Source of the DNA: a virus
IMG/VR virus record: IMGVR_UViG_3300035698_006641
Span: 1-64,000 of that record
Strand: one strand, 5' to 3'
DNA length: 64,000 bases
The stretch's first letter is position 1, and each line of letters opens with the position of its first letter. Below, piece by piece: positions 36,355 to 45,635 of the stretch. The notes beneath the pieces were generated by a model. The model was not told the DNA's origin, made no database searches, and saw only the letters and a list, made by a program, of their open reading frames with translations. The position numbers and the translations under genes were made by a program.

Positions 36355-36735
36355 CTAGTCAGATAACTCTTCAATCTTCTTGAGAATCTCCTTCTTCGAC
36401 AGCCCTCGCGTGTCCTCAGCCTCTTTATCAGCCAAGATCTCCAACAAGCTTTCGCGTTCAATTCTACGTTCTGCGGCAGCAGTGCGCTTCTGACGTTCTA
36501 GAAGCTTCACCTCAATGATATGAGCCACAACGTTAAACTGATCCTTAATCTTAGCCTCAGCAGCAGTGGATGTAGAGGTTAGCATACTTTCACCCTTGGT
36601 TTCATTAAACTCTTTACGGAGTCGAATCTGAACCGGGTCAAGCTGCTCTGGGGTCATTGTGAAGAGATCCTCTACTGAGGTCAAACCCTTCCCAGTCAAA
36701 ACCCGCATTTTACCTCGAATTGCTTTTTCTATCAT
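36355..36735 (-). CDS. Conserved-looking phage coiled-coil protein
   Basis: KGLTSVEDLF...HIIEVK. Confidence 0.75.
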   Translation of the reverse strand: MIEKAIRGKMRVLTGKGLTSVEDLFTMTPEQLDPVQIRLRKEFNETKGESMLTSTSTAAEAKIKDQFNVVAHIIEVKLLERQKRTAAAERRIERESLLEILADKEAEDTRGLSKKEILKKIEELSD

Positions 36736-36744
36736 GATATTTCC

Positions 36745-38778
36745 TTATATTTTGATTATGATGTCTCTTGTGAATTTTCCTTTTACTCGTGCTACCACGG
36801 TGTTGGACACAGTTGATGAGAACCCCAATCCGTTTAGGGAATTCTCAGACTCCTGAACCACCATCTTACTTCCAAGTGCTTCGAACACACGTTTATGCTT
36901 GGTCAAGTCTTCCTTTAAGAACTCATTAAAGAATCCTCGAGGTGCTTCATCGCACTGACATCCCTTTAGAAAGAACATGTAATGCTTATTGCCTGCCTGG
37001 TTTGCTCCATCCCAGTAATTTGGGCTGAACATTACTGAAGATACTGGTACGAACGTGTTGGTGTTGAGTCCCCAGACCTTTTTCGAGTTCATGGACATAG
37101 ACGAGTCAAGGGATGAGATAAACTCCACCCCATTAGCTTCACTGTATTCAATCTTAGCAACCACTACGTACTCGTTGCTCTTAAGCGCCTGACCATACGA
37201 GAATGACCAGATTTGACCCATGAACTCGATCTCAGCTGTGAACCCGCTCTTACCACCTCTCTTCGAGTAGCAGTTTACGAGGAAGGTATACGTCCCGTCT
37301 TTGATACTCTTCTGAGTAGGCCACGTGATGTTCTCAACTGCAACACCCTGTGGATTGATGATGTCTACGTCCAGGTTGCAGCTTGATTTGCTTCCCGGGT
37401 GTCCGAAGTAGATCTCTTGCCCTACTAGCTTTGAGCCCGTACAGTGGGCGTCGAGGTCGTCATGACAGTCGTCGTTATCGTTCCACTGGATTGAGAAGCG
37501 CAATGCTCCGTCTACGGAACCGCCAGCTGCCTTCACGTTCTGCTTCATGCTGTCCGCGACGTCACCGTCGTATGACCACGAGAAGTTGTTGTTCCATTTT
37601 AACATAGACGGAGCTTGTGCATTTTCAGGAGCTATTAAGCTGACAAGATTACCTTGATGTTTTCCCTCCACCAGCAACTCAATTGATTCAGTCGTAGGGA
37701 GTATGTCCTCAATGAAGGCCTCCATCGTAACCTCGTCTATTCTGGTTAGTTTCTTGGGATCCACAGGGATCGACTCCGCTAAACTAGAGAATGCATCTGA
37801 CTTATTTGCTGTCCCGTCATCTCGATTAAGAAAGAGTACGTTACTTACATTAATGTCTTCAAGGGTCGCTTGACGACGTGCCAGTGAATCTTCGAATCCA
37901 AGATCCCTACACTCCTCCTGAGCTGCTTCCACCATTTTCTTGGTGAAGATCGCCTTGGGGCGTTTGTAGTTGGCGGGAGCCATAACAGCTTCGAACTTCC
38001 GAACTGCTGAATCAAGCTCAACCCCCTCAGAGAGGTCGATAAGCAATGTCCCTAGAGCCGTATTACGTATACGTCCCACCTTGCTGACTTTCGATTGTAG
38101 CCAACAAAAGTTATCTTGATCCTCTAGTGGAACTAGATCATACCCTTTCTTAGTCTCGCAGAATAATCTGACTGAAGCCTTATGTTCATCGCCTCGGTAT
38201 AGAGCCCCTTGTGCGATTAATTCTAGAATCGTTTCTCCTGCCTCTAAAGTCAGCTCGTCCATGGAGCGCTTAAATACATTCTTTGTATCACGAGCTGTAC
38301 CGACTATAGATGCAACTGAATCTTTCCCAGAACTAACCACATATGATTTTGGCAAAAGAAAATGCAGGTGATTCCACGTGGCAGTAGTTCCGTCCTCCAG
38401 CATCTGATGACTCTTGTCAACACCCAAGTGTGCTTCCGTGGACAAGAAGATGTCGGACACTGGGAGCGAGTGAATATACTCAGAAAGGGCGGTTGCAACT
38501 GTACTATACGGGCTATCAAACTCCCCGTCCCACACAGACACAATTTTGTTATCAACGATACTGACCATTCCACCAGCTCTGCAAATAAATGACTTACATG
38601 AATTGCAGTCATGCTCTGTTCTTTCCCTAAAGATCTCGTTAGACCAGGCAGGGAAACTATTCAAATATAATTCCCAAATTGCTTCTTTGTTAATACTAAC
38701 TCGAAACAATACCCCGTCTTCAACCATTGAGTCACACTGCCTTTTAACAGCTTGCTTAAACCTCATAAAATCTGACAT
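36745..38778 (-). CDS. Large phage protein with YfaP/DUF2135-like domain
   Basis: HDCNSCK; MAPANYKRP; DDLDAHC...LDVD...VENITW. Confidence 0.75.
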   Translation of the reverse strand: MSDFMRFKQAVKRQCDSMVEDGVLFRVSINKEAIWELYLNSFPAWSNEIFRERTEHDCNSCKSFICRAGGMVSIVDNKIVSVWDGEFDSPYSTVATALSEYIHSLPVSDIFLSTEAHLGVDKSHQMLEDGTTATWNHLHFLLPKSYVVSSGKDSVASIVGTARDTKNVFKRSMDELTLEAGETILELIAQGALYRGDEHKASVRLFCETKKGYDLVPLEDQDNFCWLQSKVSKVGRIRNTALGTLLIDLSEGVELDSAVRKFEAVMAPANYKRPKAIFTKKMVEAAQEECRDLGFEDSLARRQATLEDINVSNVLFLNRDDGTANKSDAFSSLAESIPVDPKKLTRIDEVTMEAFIEDILPTTESIELLVEGKHQGNLVSLIAPENAQAPSMLKWNNNFSWSYDGDVADSMKQNVKAAGGSVDGALRFSIQWNDNDDCHDDLDAHCTGSKLVGQEIYFGHPGSKSSCNLDVDIINPQGVAVENITWPTQKSIKDGTYTFLVNCYSKRGGKSGFTAEIEFMGQIWSFSYGQALKSNEYVVVAKIEYSEANGVEFISSLDSSMSMNSKKVWGLNTNTFVPVSSVMFSPNYWDGANQAGNKHYMFFLKGCQCDEAPRGFFNEFLKEDLTKHKRVFEALGSKMVVQESENSLNGLGFSSTVSNTVVARVKGKFTRDIIIKI

Positions 38779-38856
38779 GTCTATTTCCTCTTACTTTAGT
38801 TTCTAATTTTTTATCACTCCCATCCAAAGTACTTACGGAACCTTGGACCTTCTGGG

Positions 38857-39294
38857 TCAATCCTGTCCTGATGCCTTTGTTTCCGGTTCTGCTTCTGCTT
38901 CATCCATTTCCGGCCGTGCTTCCCCGGTTTCTTCTCCGGGTTCTGATCCATCTCTTCCGGGGTCCCTATCGCCATGTTGACTCTCCATTTTAGCTTTCTC
39001 TAGTAGATATTCCATGATACTCCCAGCTAAGGCGTCTACTGGGCGTTTTGAGAGCATAACTTGCCCCCAGTTAACCTCTAGCCCATCTAAAGACCGTGAG
39101 CCCTCTACGAGCTCACACAGAGTCCACGCTGGAATTAGTAAATACTCTTGCGGCTTAGTAGGAGTAGCGAGTGGGAGTGAATGCTGGAAATGGGAGATAA
39201 GATCAAAACCCAATGTCACCAACTCAAACCCCACTCGGGGAGAAATGCACCACTGTTTACTGAACTTATCGTCTCTCTCATGTATGCTTAACAA
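38857..39294 (-). CDS. Hypothetical protein
   Basis: GGAGG RBS. Confidence 0.6.
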   Translation of the reverse strand: MLSIHERDDKFSKQWCISPRVGFELVTLGFDLISHFQHSLPLATPTKPQEYLLIPAWTLCELVEGSRSLDGLEVNWGQVMLSKRPVDALAGSIMEYLLEKAKMESQHGDRDPGRDGSEPGEETGEARPEMDEAEAEPETKASGQD

Positions 39295-39551
39295 TTTTCT
39301 GCCTCCAATCTATTATACTCATCAAACTCCGTCCACATCCGGTCTATTTCAGCTAAGCTGTTGAACTCAGACTCGAACAGGGCAGATAAAAACTTACGAC
39401 CACGTCTATTGATCTTTCCGTCCCAACCAACTCTTCTCCATGGCCAGATCCAGGTAATGTCATCTCCAAACTTATGGAAGGTGATACCTAGACGCATCCC
39501 ACGCGCTCTTTGTTTTAGCCTTGTTATTGCTCTGCGAATTCTTATCATCAT
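39288..39551 (-). CDS. Hypothetical protein
   Basis: Coupled ORF. Confidence 0.55.
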   Translation of the reverse strand: MMIRIRRAITRLKQRARGMRLGITFHKFGDDITWIWPWRRVGWDGKINRRGRKFLSALFESEFNSLAEIDRMWTEFDEYNRLEAENC

Positions 39552-40279
39552 CGTGCCTTTATTCCTGGGTAAAGATCTACTACTGGATCGCTTTGCCAGA
39601 ACTCTTCAGTTTCCTTGCAAAACACGGTTAAGGCCCCATCGTAACTAGCCCCGGTGTCTAGGAGCCACACATTGCTATGTTTCACGGGCTCGGTACCACC
39701 ACCGATACGTAACTTAGTAGTTGGTGTGTGCCCACAATAAACATTCCTGTAAAACTCAACAACAGGAGACTCAATAGGGCCAGCCATAACTGCTTTAGCT
39801 ATCATATTCCGATCCCATATAATATATTCTACATCGTTGTCTTCTGCTTTACTGTCTACCCGTATACCACCGTGAACTAAAAGATCATCACCTAGTTCGA
39901 GGTATGCAGCAGCCTTATCAAGATAATCACATACCAAGGCATGAGACGCAGCTGAATCAATAGACTCCCTGGTGACTCGTCCTCCTTGATCATCCCAGTC
40001 AATAAAATCCCAAAAGTTTAAACCCCACCCACCTCGACCCAAGTTCTGTTTCAGCCACGTATGGCACCACGAATCATGGTTTCCTAAAAGGTGTTTGTGA
40101 TTTGGAAGTTTCTGTAAGTAGTCAACGCACTCAGTTACATCCGGCCACCCATCGCATACATCCCCTAAGGAGATCAAAAGATCTTCTTCAGGGTTGAATT
40201 TTGCGCGTTCCAGAACTTGAGTCAATGCACGAAATGACCCATGTATATCTGTTACTAACAGTGTTCTCATTTTTACCAT
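39548..40279 (-). CDS. Ser/Thr phosphatase-like metallophosphoesterase
   Basis: DIHG, GDVCD, GNHD, VHGG, GHTP, LDTG. Confidence 0.9.
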   Translation of the reverse strand: MVKMRTLLVTDIHGSFRALTQVLERAKFNPEEDLLISLGDVCDGWPDVTECVDYLQKLPNHKHLLGNHDSWCHTWLKQNLGRGGWGLNFWDFIDWDDQGGRVTRESIDSAASHALVCDYLDKAAAYLELGDDLLVHGGIRVDSKAEDNDVEYIIWDRNMIAKAVMAGPIESPVVEFYRNVYCGHTPTTKLRIGGGTEPVKHSNVWLLDTGASYDGALTVFCKETEEFWQSDPVVDLYPGIKAR

Positions 40280-40530
40280 TTGATTTTCAGTCTCCTAATT
40301 TCGGCTAGAGCAGAAACTCTAATTAGATACCCAACAGCAAGCCCGAAGGATATAGCTATTATGAACATTAAAAACGGAGCAATGCAATTAAGCGCGAATG
40401 TAATCATAAAAATCAATGATGACATTATAGCTGCTAACTCCCACATTTTAGACCTAGAAACCTTAGTGTCGTACTCGTTTAATGCTGCTGTTATTCCGTG
40501 ACGCTCATATACTTTTTGAATACTAGCCAT
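40273..40530 (-). CDS. Membrane protein
   Basis: Two TM segments. Confidence 0.6.
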   Translation of the reverse strand: MASIQKVYERHGITAALNEYDTKVSRSKMWELAAIMSSLIFMITFALNCIAPFLMFIIAISFGLAVGYLIRVSALAEIRRLKIKW

Positions 40531-40535
40531 AAGAT

Positions 40536-41060
40536 TTATAACTCCTGTTTTTCTATTTTCTCTACTCGTTCTGCCAAAATCAGGCCCAACTCCACAGGTG
40601 TGAAATTAACGGCTTCTGAGCTGACGTTTATGTGATAGTCTGATGCTGATCGGTTTTGGTGGATATGGGCGTGAACATTAAACTCCCATTTACCGTGTAC
40701 GGGTATTAGTCTAGGGGCGTGTGAAAGCAGAACGTTTAAGTCTGGGAACATACGATCACTCGTGATCTTTTGGAATACATTCCAAAGTCTCTTATCCTTC
40801 CCGTTGTCATGGTTTCCTAGTACAAGTCGTTTCCTCCCATTAAGTTGCTCTAGCACATCTGTAGTCCCCGCATACACGTCACCCAAGTGGTAAACTATGT
40901 CTTGCTCTGAAACAACAGAGTTCCAGTTGTCTAACAACATTTTATCCATCTCTTTGATGCTGGAAAACCCTGGTCGAATCAACTTGCCCGAGCGATCCTT
41001 GTACTCCAAAATTCTGGAGTCTCCAAAGTGAGTACACCCAATTACGAAGATTTTTCTCAT
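40536..41060 (-). CDS. Calcineurin-like phosphoesterase
   Basis: GCTHFG, HLGD, GNHD, LSHAP, HAHIH. Confidence 0.88.
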   Translation of the reverse strand: MRKIFVIGCTHFGDSRILEYKDRSGKLIRPGFSSIKEMDKMLLDNWNSVVSEQDIVYHLGDVYAGTTDVLEQLNGRKRLVLGNHDNGKDKRLWNVFQKITSDRMFPDLNVLLSHAPRLIPVHGKWEFNVHAHIHQNRSASDYHINVSSEAVNFTPVELGLILAERVEKIEKQEL

Positions 41061-41479
41061 AACATACTTCCTATTCCAAGGAACATAACTGATTCCTTTC
41101 CATTAACTCTAACACCGATAACTCTGTCAGCTATGAACGCAACCTTAGTCACGGTACTCAAGTTTATCTTAGCTTCTTTAAGGCTGGTTATTGAGAGAGC
41201 TGCAAGCTTTTCCATGAATGCATCAGATGTAGTTTTAGTTGGCCCGAAGATATCAATACCTTCAGAGTTAATCTGACCGCCAAGACTACACAGTGTTTTA
41301 TTGGAGAGATTCCTCTTCTTTACAACTTTCTTCTCAACCTTTACTGTAGCCTTAGCCCTCTTAACTTTAGGCTTAACAGGAGGACTTGTTTCAGCTATCT
41401 TTGTCTTTGGCGTGACTTTTCGTTTTTGCCTTTTCTGTATCGCCTTCGCCTTCTCCTCAGGGAGGTATCTTCTCGCCAT
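41057..41479 (-). CDS. Basic hypothetical protein
   Basis: AAGGAG RBS; Lys-rich. Confidence 0.65.
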   Translation of the reverse strand: MARRYLPEEKAKAIQKRQKRKVTPKTKIAETSPPVKPKVKRAKATVKVEKKVVKKRNLSNKTLCSLGGQINSEGIDIFGPTKTTSDAFMEKLAALSITSLKEAKINLSTVTKVAFIADRVIGVRVNGKESVMFLGIGSML

Positions 41480-41490
41480 ATCCGCACTCC

Positions 41491-42072
41491 TTATAGTACC
41501 TCTAGATCTCTGTGTTTTATGTAATCTAGTATGTCGGGCAGAGGAACAATAGGTCGATCAAAGACCCGCATCAATTCGTCTGCGCTGCAATCCATACGTC
41601 CGTCAGAGATCACATCTAGGTTTCCGTGGCAGTGACCATGTAAATGCACCGCTCCATAAAATTTACTTGGCCATTCAAGAAGTGGATAGTGGCTGATAAT
41701 AACAACCTGATTACCCTCTTGCAGCATCGCCATATCTCCGATTCTGTTTACACGTTGCAGCTTTTCCCTATTCAGGAACTTCATATCGTGGTTCCCGTCT
41801 ATACACCAGAAGGTATTAACTTTAGCTACTCGCTCCATCGATTCCCGTAATAGTGCACAGCGCTTTTGATCACCACGGAACATGATGTCCCCGAGGCTTA
41901 TGATGGTACGATTGTGATGAACCAATTCATTCTCTAGCTGATTGATCATATACTCATGGTGCATCTCTGGGCTATCAAATCCGCGCTTCTCCCAAATAAA
42001 CTCTGCATCATGTCCGTAATGAAGATCTGAGAATATAACTGTATCGCTGAACTTAGGTCTAATTTTTATCAC
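41491..42072 (-). CDS. Calcineurin-like phosphoesterase
   Basis: SDLHYGH, LGD, GNHD, SHYP, HLHGHCHG. Confidence 0.88.
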   Translation of the reverse strand: MIKIRPKFSDTVIFSDLHYGHDAEFIWEKRGFDSPEMHHEYMINQLENELVHHNRTIISLGDIMFRGDQKRCALLRESMERVAKVNTFWCIDGNHDMKFLNREKLQRVNRIGDMAMLQEGNQVVIISHYPLLEWPSKFYGAVHLHGHCHGNLDVISDGRMDCSADELMRVFDRPIVPLPDILDYIKHRDLEVL

Positions 42073-42098
42073 GGTTAAAACCTTTGTTGCTTTCTTTT

Positions 42099-42592
42099 CT
42101 AGTAATCATTCCGAAAATCCTCCAAAAGATCGTGTACGAATACTCCCATAGTGTAGGACCTCGCACGTAACTTTAGTTGAGTTAACGGCAGTTTGTCTGG
42201 TGATTTTTTACCAGACCCAATAAAATCATTAGTCGTTCTGTTTTCGTTCTTCTTGTATTCGACATCTAGTCGATCTTTGTAGAGCGTTTTATATCTATTA
42301 GTAGTTACGATCTTGTGAGAAATATTTCTCCAAAAGATCTTTACACCAGGGGCTACCCCGGGACTACCAAACAATCCAGCTTGCTCAATAAAGTCACTAG
42401 TGTCTGTAGCGTTCGACGCTAGAGCTAATGCACAATATTTTTGGATTGGAGACAACTTTAGTTGTTTGTTATTTACAAAGTCCCATCCAGGACTATTTAC
42501 GAGTATATGAAAGTCTTCCCACTCACTTTCATTATTAATTACTCGTAATGCTTTTTCTAGTATATCTACTTCTCCTCGTCAGTATTAAACAT
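42099..42592 (-). CDS. Hypothetical protein, possibly frameshifted near its 5' end
   Basis: The ORF-track frame extends open upstream to about 42578 (EVDILEKALR...); ATG 42592 (MFNTDE) is in the adjacent frame. Confidence 0.5.
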
Positions 42593-42621
42593 AAAAAATG
42601 GGAACCCAAAAGAGGTTCCCT
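42593..42621 (-). terminator. Terminator-like hairpin ending the head operon
   Basis: GGGAACC-TCTTTTG-GGTTCCC + ATTTTTT. Confidence 0.6.
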
Positions 42622-42626
42622 ACATA

Positions 42627-42656
42627 TGTTATTCCAATATATGAGCGGTAGTTAAG
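42627..42656 (-). promoter_or_regulatory. Phage-specific promoter motif, copy B
   Basis: CTTAA-CTACCGCTCATATA-TTGGAATAACA. Confidence 0.65.
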
Positions 42657-43137
42657 TAGAGGTGACTCCAGGTTGGTCCCACGTATTGAAAAGGTTTTTC
42701 TTAAGGTAGTTATAACTCGTGTTCTGTAGTTTACTATTAGGAGCGTTCCATTGTTGTCTAAAGCTGGTTTTAGCATCTTCCATGTTATCACCCCATCCTT
42801 TAGTATCAATAGCCCCTAGGATCTTTCTGTGTTTCTTATAGTCTGGACTAAACCATGCGGCTATATCAGATGCCAGATTGGTACCATCTCCTAGAATCCC
42901 GCCTTGCATCCTAACTTTATTATAAGTCCCTTGATTACCAAATAGCCTCTGCTCAGCCTGACTTCGAGCCACTCTATTTATTATACCACGCATCCAGCTC
43001 GTGTCTTGAAACTTAGTAACGAGATTCCTAAGGATTTCCCATTGACCACCAGATGCACCTTCAGATAGTCCAGTTTTGACGCTATCTTTTACATCCTGGA
43101 CCACCCCAGATTCTTTAGTGATAGAGCTTTGGTACAT
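42652..43137 (-). CDS. Putative virion protein
   Basis: In the portal operon. Confidence 0.6.
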   Translation of the reverse strand: MYQSSITKESGVVQDVKDSVKTGLSEGASGGQWEILRNLVTKFQDTSWMRGIINRVARSQAEQRLFGNQGTYNKVRMQGGILGDGTNLASDIAAWFSPDYKKHRKILGAIDTKGWGDNMEDAKTSFRQQWNAPNSKLQNTSYNYLKKNLFNTWDQPGVTST

Positions 43138-44276
43138 TAGAATATTTCGCTTAGAGCAGAAGAGGCTCTACCTTTATCAGGAACAGGTAGAATAACATTC
43201 CGTGAACCCAAGAATTTACCTGGTTTTTGTTCTATAACAGAATCTTTATTTCCAGTTTGGAACTTAGTTGACTTAGGAGACTCACGCTCGAAAGAATTAA
43301 AAGCATTAATTAGCTTCTCATACTGGGCGTTCTCGGAGGTATCCTCGCCCATCTTTTTACCAAACCCGTAGAATGGCGGGATTAGACCGGCCCATATAGC
43401 CATAAGTATCGGGAGCAAAACCTTAGATGCCGAGTTACCATGGTTATCCTTCTCTGCGGCGAACTTCTTAATCTCGCCATCTTCCTGAGACCTATTGTCT
43501 GCTACCATTAAGCGGGAAAGCTGTCGTCTCAGATCCTGGTCTCTTTCATCCATCTTACGGTCTGATATTTTATCGGTAATATTGGTTATCCCGTGTTTGG
43601 TACCTTTGTACGCTAGCATAGCTGCGATCACAGCACCCGGTACGGCTAGCTCTCCACGTTTCCACGGGGAGTACTGATTGTTAGTTAAATCTACGGGGCT
43701 ATTAGACTCTAGATAGCTACCGATACTCTCTAGGAACCCAGGACCATCAGACGATGCTGCCTTGTCGAGGTCCCTGTGTTGCTTACGGCGCTTATTTGCG
43801 TAGGGTAGTGTCAGTGCAGCGGCAGTAACTCCACCAGCCTGAAGGGCGTGTCCAAGCATTCTAGAATAAGACATCCCCATACCTGCCTTACCGTCAGATG
43901 GATCGGAGAAATGAGATGCCCCAATCATATTACGGATCTTCTCAATAATAGCTAATTTTTTATTAGGATCCAGTTTGCTCAAAGCTCTCTTAAGTCCGCC
44001 TTCATCACTGATAAGACCTCTAATGGATTCACTGACATCACTACCAACAGTTTTATCTACTAAACCCTTTGATACTCCGCCTAACCATTTAGCTACTTGA
44101 TGAGGAAGGTATTTATCGCCTGATCCAAAAATATCTGCGTTGTTCATCCTGCTCTTAAACCAGTCGCGGGTTTCCTCTCCTCCAGGTTTGAAGAAAGCTG
44201 AACCTACTAAATCTTCAAACTTCGAAGGTAGATAGTTTATTACCGGATTATCTAGAACTCCTGAATCTTTTTCCAT
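43137..44276 (-). CDS. Putative virion/ejection protein with hydrophobic Gly/Ala helices
   Basis: In the portal operon; several TM-like segments. Confidence 0.6.
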   Translation of the reverse strand: MEKDSGVLDNPVINYLPSKFEDLVGSAFFKPGGEETRDWFKSRMNNADIFGSGDKYLPHQVAKWLGGVSKGLVDKTVGSDVSESIRGLISDEGGLKRALSKLDPNKKLAIIEKIRNMIGASHFSDPSDGKAGMGMSYSRMLGHALQAGGVTAAALTLPYANKRRKQHRDLDKAASSDGPGFLESIGSYLESNSPVDLTNNQYSPWKRGELAVPGAVIAAMLAYKGTKHGITNITDKISDRKMDERDQDLRRQLSRLMVADNRSQEDGEIKKFAAEKDNHGNSASKVLLPILMAIWAGLIPPFYGFGKKMGEDTSENAQYEKLINAFNSFERESPKSTKFQTGNKDSVIEQKPGKFLGSRNVILPVPDKGRASSALSEIF

Positions 44277-44590
44277 TACTTTTCCTCTTGAACTAAAGCG
44301 TATTTACGCCATTCTGCGTAAGCTCTCATCGATAGACTAGCCTCATCCCAGTGTCTGGAAAGGAAAACTATTTCGAGCTTCTTGTTTGCGGCACCATCCA
44401 ACAATTTGGTGTAATCTTTTAAATCTTCTTCGTCACTTAGATCGAAGGTACGTACTGTTACCCCCGTACTAGTTAAAACTAAAGCACTCTCATCTTTACG
44501 CAAAAGAGGATTAGAGACACTCTGTTCTTCGAGTTGGACGCTGGACATAAAAGTTTGAGGCTTTATATATTTATCTTTAGCGACCGTCAT
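44276..44590 (-). CDS. Hypothetical protein
   Basis: TFDLSDEEDLKDY...AYAEW. Confidence 0.65.
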   Translation of the reverse strand: MTVAKDKYIKPQTFMSSVQLEEQSVSNPLLRKDESALVLTSTGVTVRTFDLSDEEDLKDYTKLLDGAANKKLEIVFLSRHWDEASLSMRAYAEWRKYALVQEEK

Positions 44591-44591
44591 T

Positions 44592-44810
44592 TTATACTGC
44601 CTGTATTGAATCTATTGCTTCTTGTATCATTGCTAGTTTCTTTTCTCTTGCAGCAAAATCCTTATCCTTGGATAGCTTGCTTTTAGCTTGAGCTTGTAGA
44701 TGACCTACGTATGCAGCTAGAGCTGGAACGCCAATAAACGTACCTCCTACTACTAGCGGAAGTAGCCCCTTTGGAAGTATCCCCTGTACACCTGCTGATT
44801 TTATTTCCAT
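44592..44810 (-). CDS. Small hydrophobic putative virion protein
   Basis: Coupled ORF. Confidence 0.6.
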   Translation of the reverse strand: MEIKSAGVQGILPKGLLPLVVGGTFIGVPALAAYVGHLQAQAKSKLSKDKDFAAREKKLAMIQEAIDSIQAV

Positions 44811-45181
44811 ATTCCAGATCCTCTTAACATTCCTGCTAGTGCTCCAACATTCTGCACTTTATTCATAGTACTCTTACTTAATCCGCCGAACACTCCACCC
44901 AAGACTGTGCCTAAATACTTAGCTGTTACTCCGCCTAACCCGGCACCAACGGCACCCCTAACAATATCATTGGTAGTAATAGACCCTCTCAATGAATTAG
45001 TAGAAGAAGAAGCACCACCATACAACATACGAATAGTATCGCTTTTCTGCAAAGGGGTCAAGAATGGATCACCCATTATGCGACTTGTAGAGTCTCCAAT
45101 ATTAACAAATTGTCCATAACGAGATACCTTAAACATACCCACCTCCGCTATGAGCCAAAGCCTTTTCATCTGCTTTAGCAT
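44801..45181 (-). CDS. Gly-rich putative virion protein
   Basis: GAVGAGLGG; likely start MFKVS. Confidence 0.6.
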   Translation of the reverse strand: MLKQMKRLWLIAEVGMFKVSRYGQFVNIGDSTSRIMGDPFLTPLQKSDTIRMLYGGASSSTNSLRGSITTNDIVRGAVGAGLGGVTAKYLGTVLGGVFGGLSKSTMNKVQNVGALAGMLRGSGIWK

Positions 45182-45635
45182 TATCCATTTTTTTAATCAA
45201 TGGATGGCGTGCTTTGTTTTGAAAGTAATTAATTGGAGCAAGGTCACTGTAGTCTAGACTATCAGGCTTCTTATAACCTGATGGGAGTGTTCCAGCCCCC
45301 TGTACAGATCGTAGATACTTTTTAATATACCCTGGGCTATTCTCTTGATATTTAAGTTGGCTTGTTGGTAACAAAAGTCCCTTTGAAAAACCGTACCGTC
45401 CAATATTTTTAGCTACTCCGGTATTAGACAAAGCTCCGAATATGAAAGGAGAAGCAGCACCAACCAAACCCATGAGTGCCGGATTAACTCCGTACCCTTG
45501 TTTCTTAGCCATCCCTCCGGCCAAAGCCAATCCTCCACCGGCTAAGAGACTTATCCCTAGCTCTTTCAAGATAGGGTACTCTCTAAGGAGAGACTGCATT
45601 TTACTCATTGTAGATTCAGTGACTGGTTGATTCAT
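45129..45635 (-). CDS. Putative virion protein
   Basis: Gly-rich hydrophobic segments. Confidence 0.6.
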   Translation of the reverse strand: MNQPVTESTMSKMQSLLREYPILKELGISLLAGGGLALAGGMAKKQGYGVNPALMGLVGAASPFIFGALSNTGVAKNIGRYGFSKGLLLPTSQLKYQENSPGYIKKYLRSVQGAGTLPSGYKKPDSLDYSDLAPINYFQNKARHPLIKKMDNAKADEKALAHSGGGYV

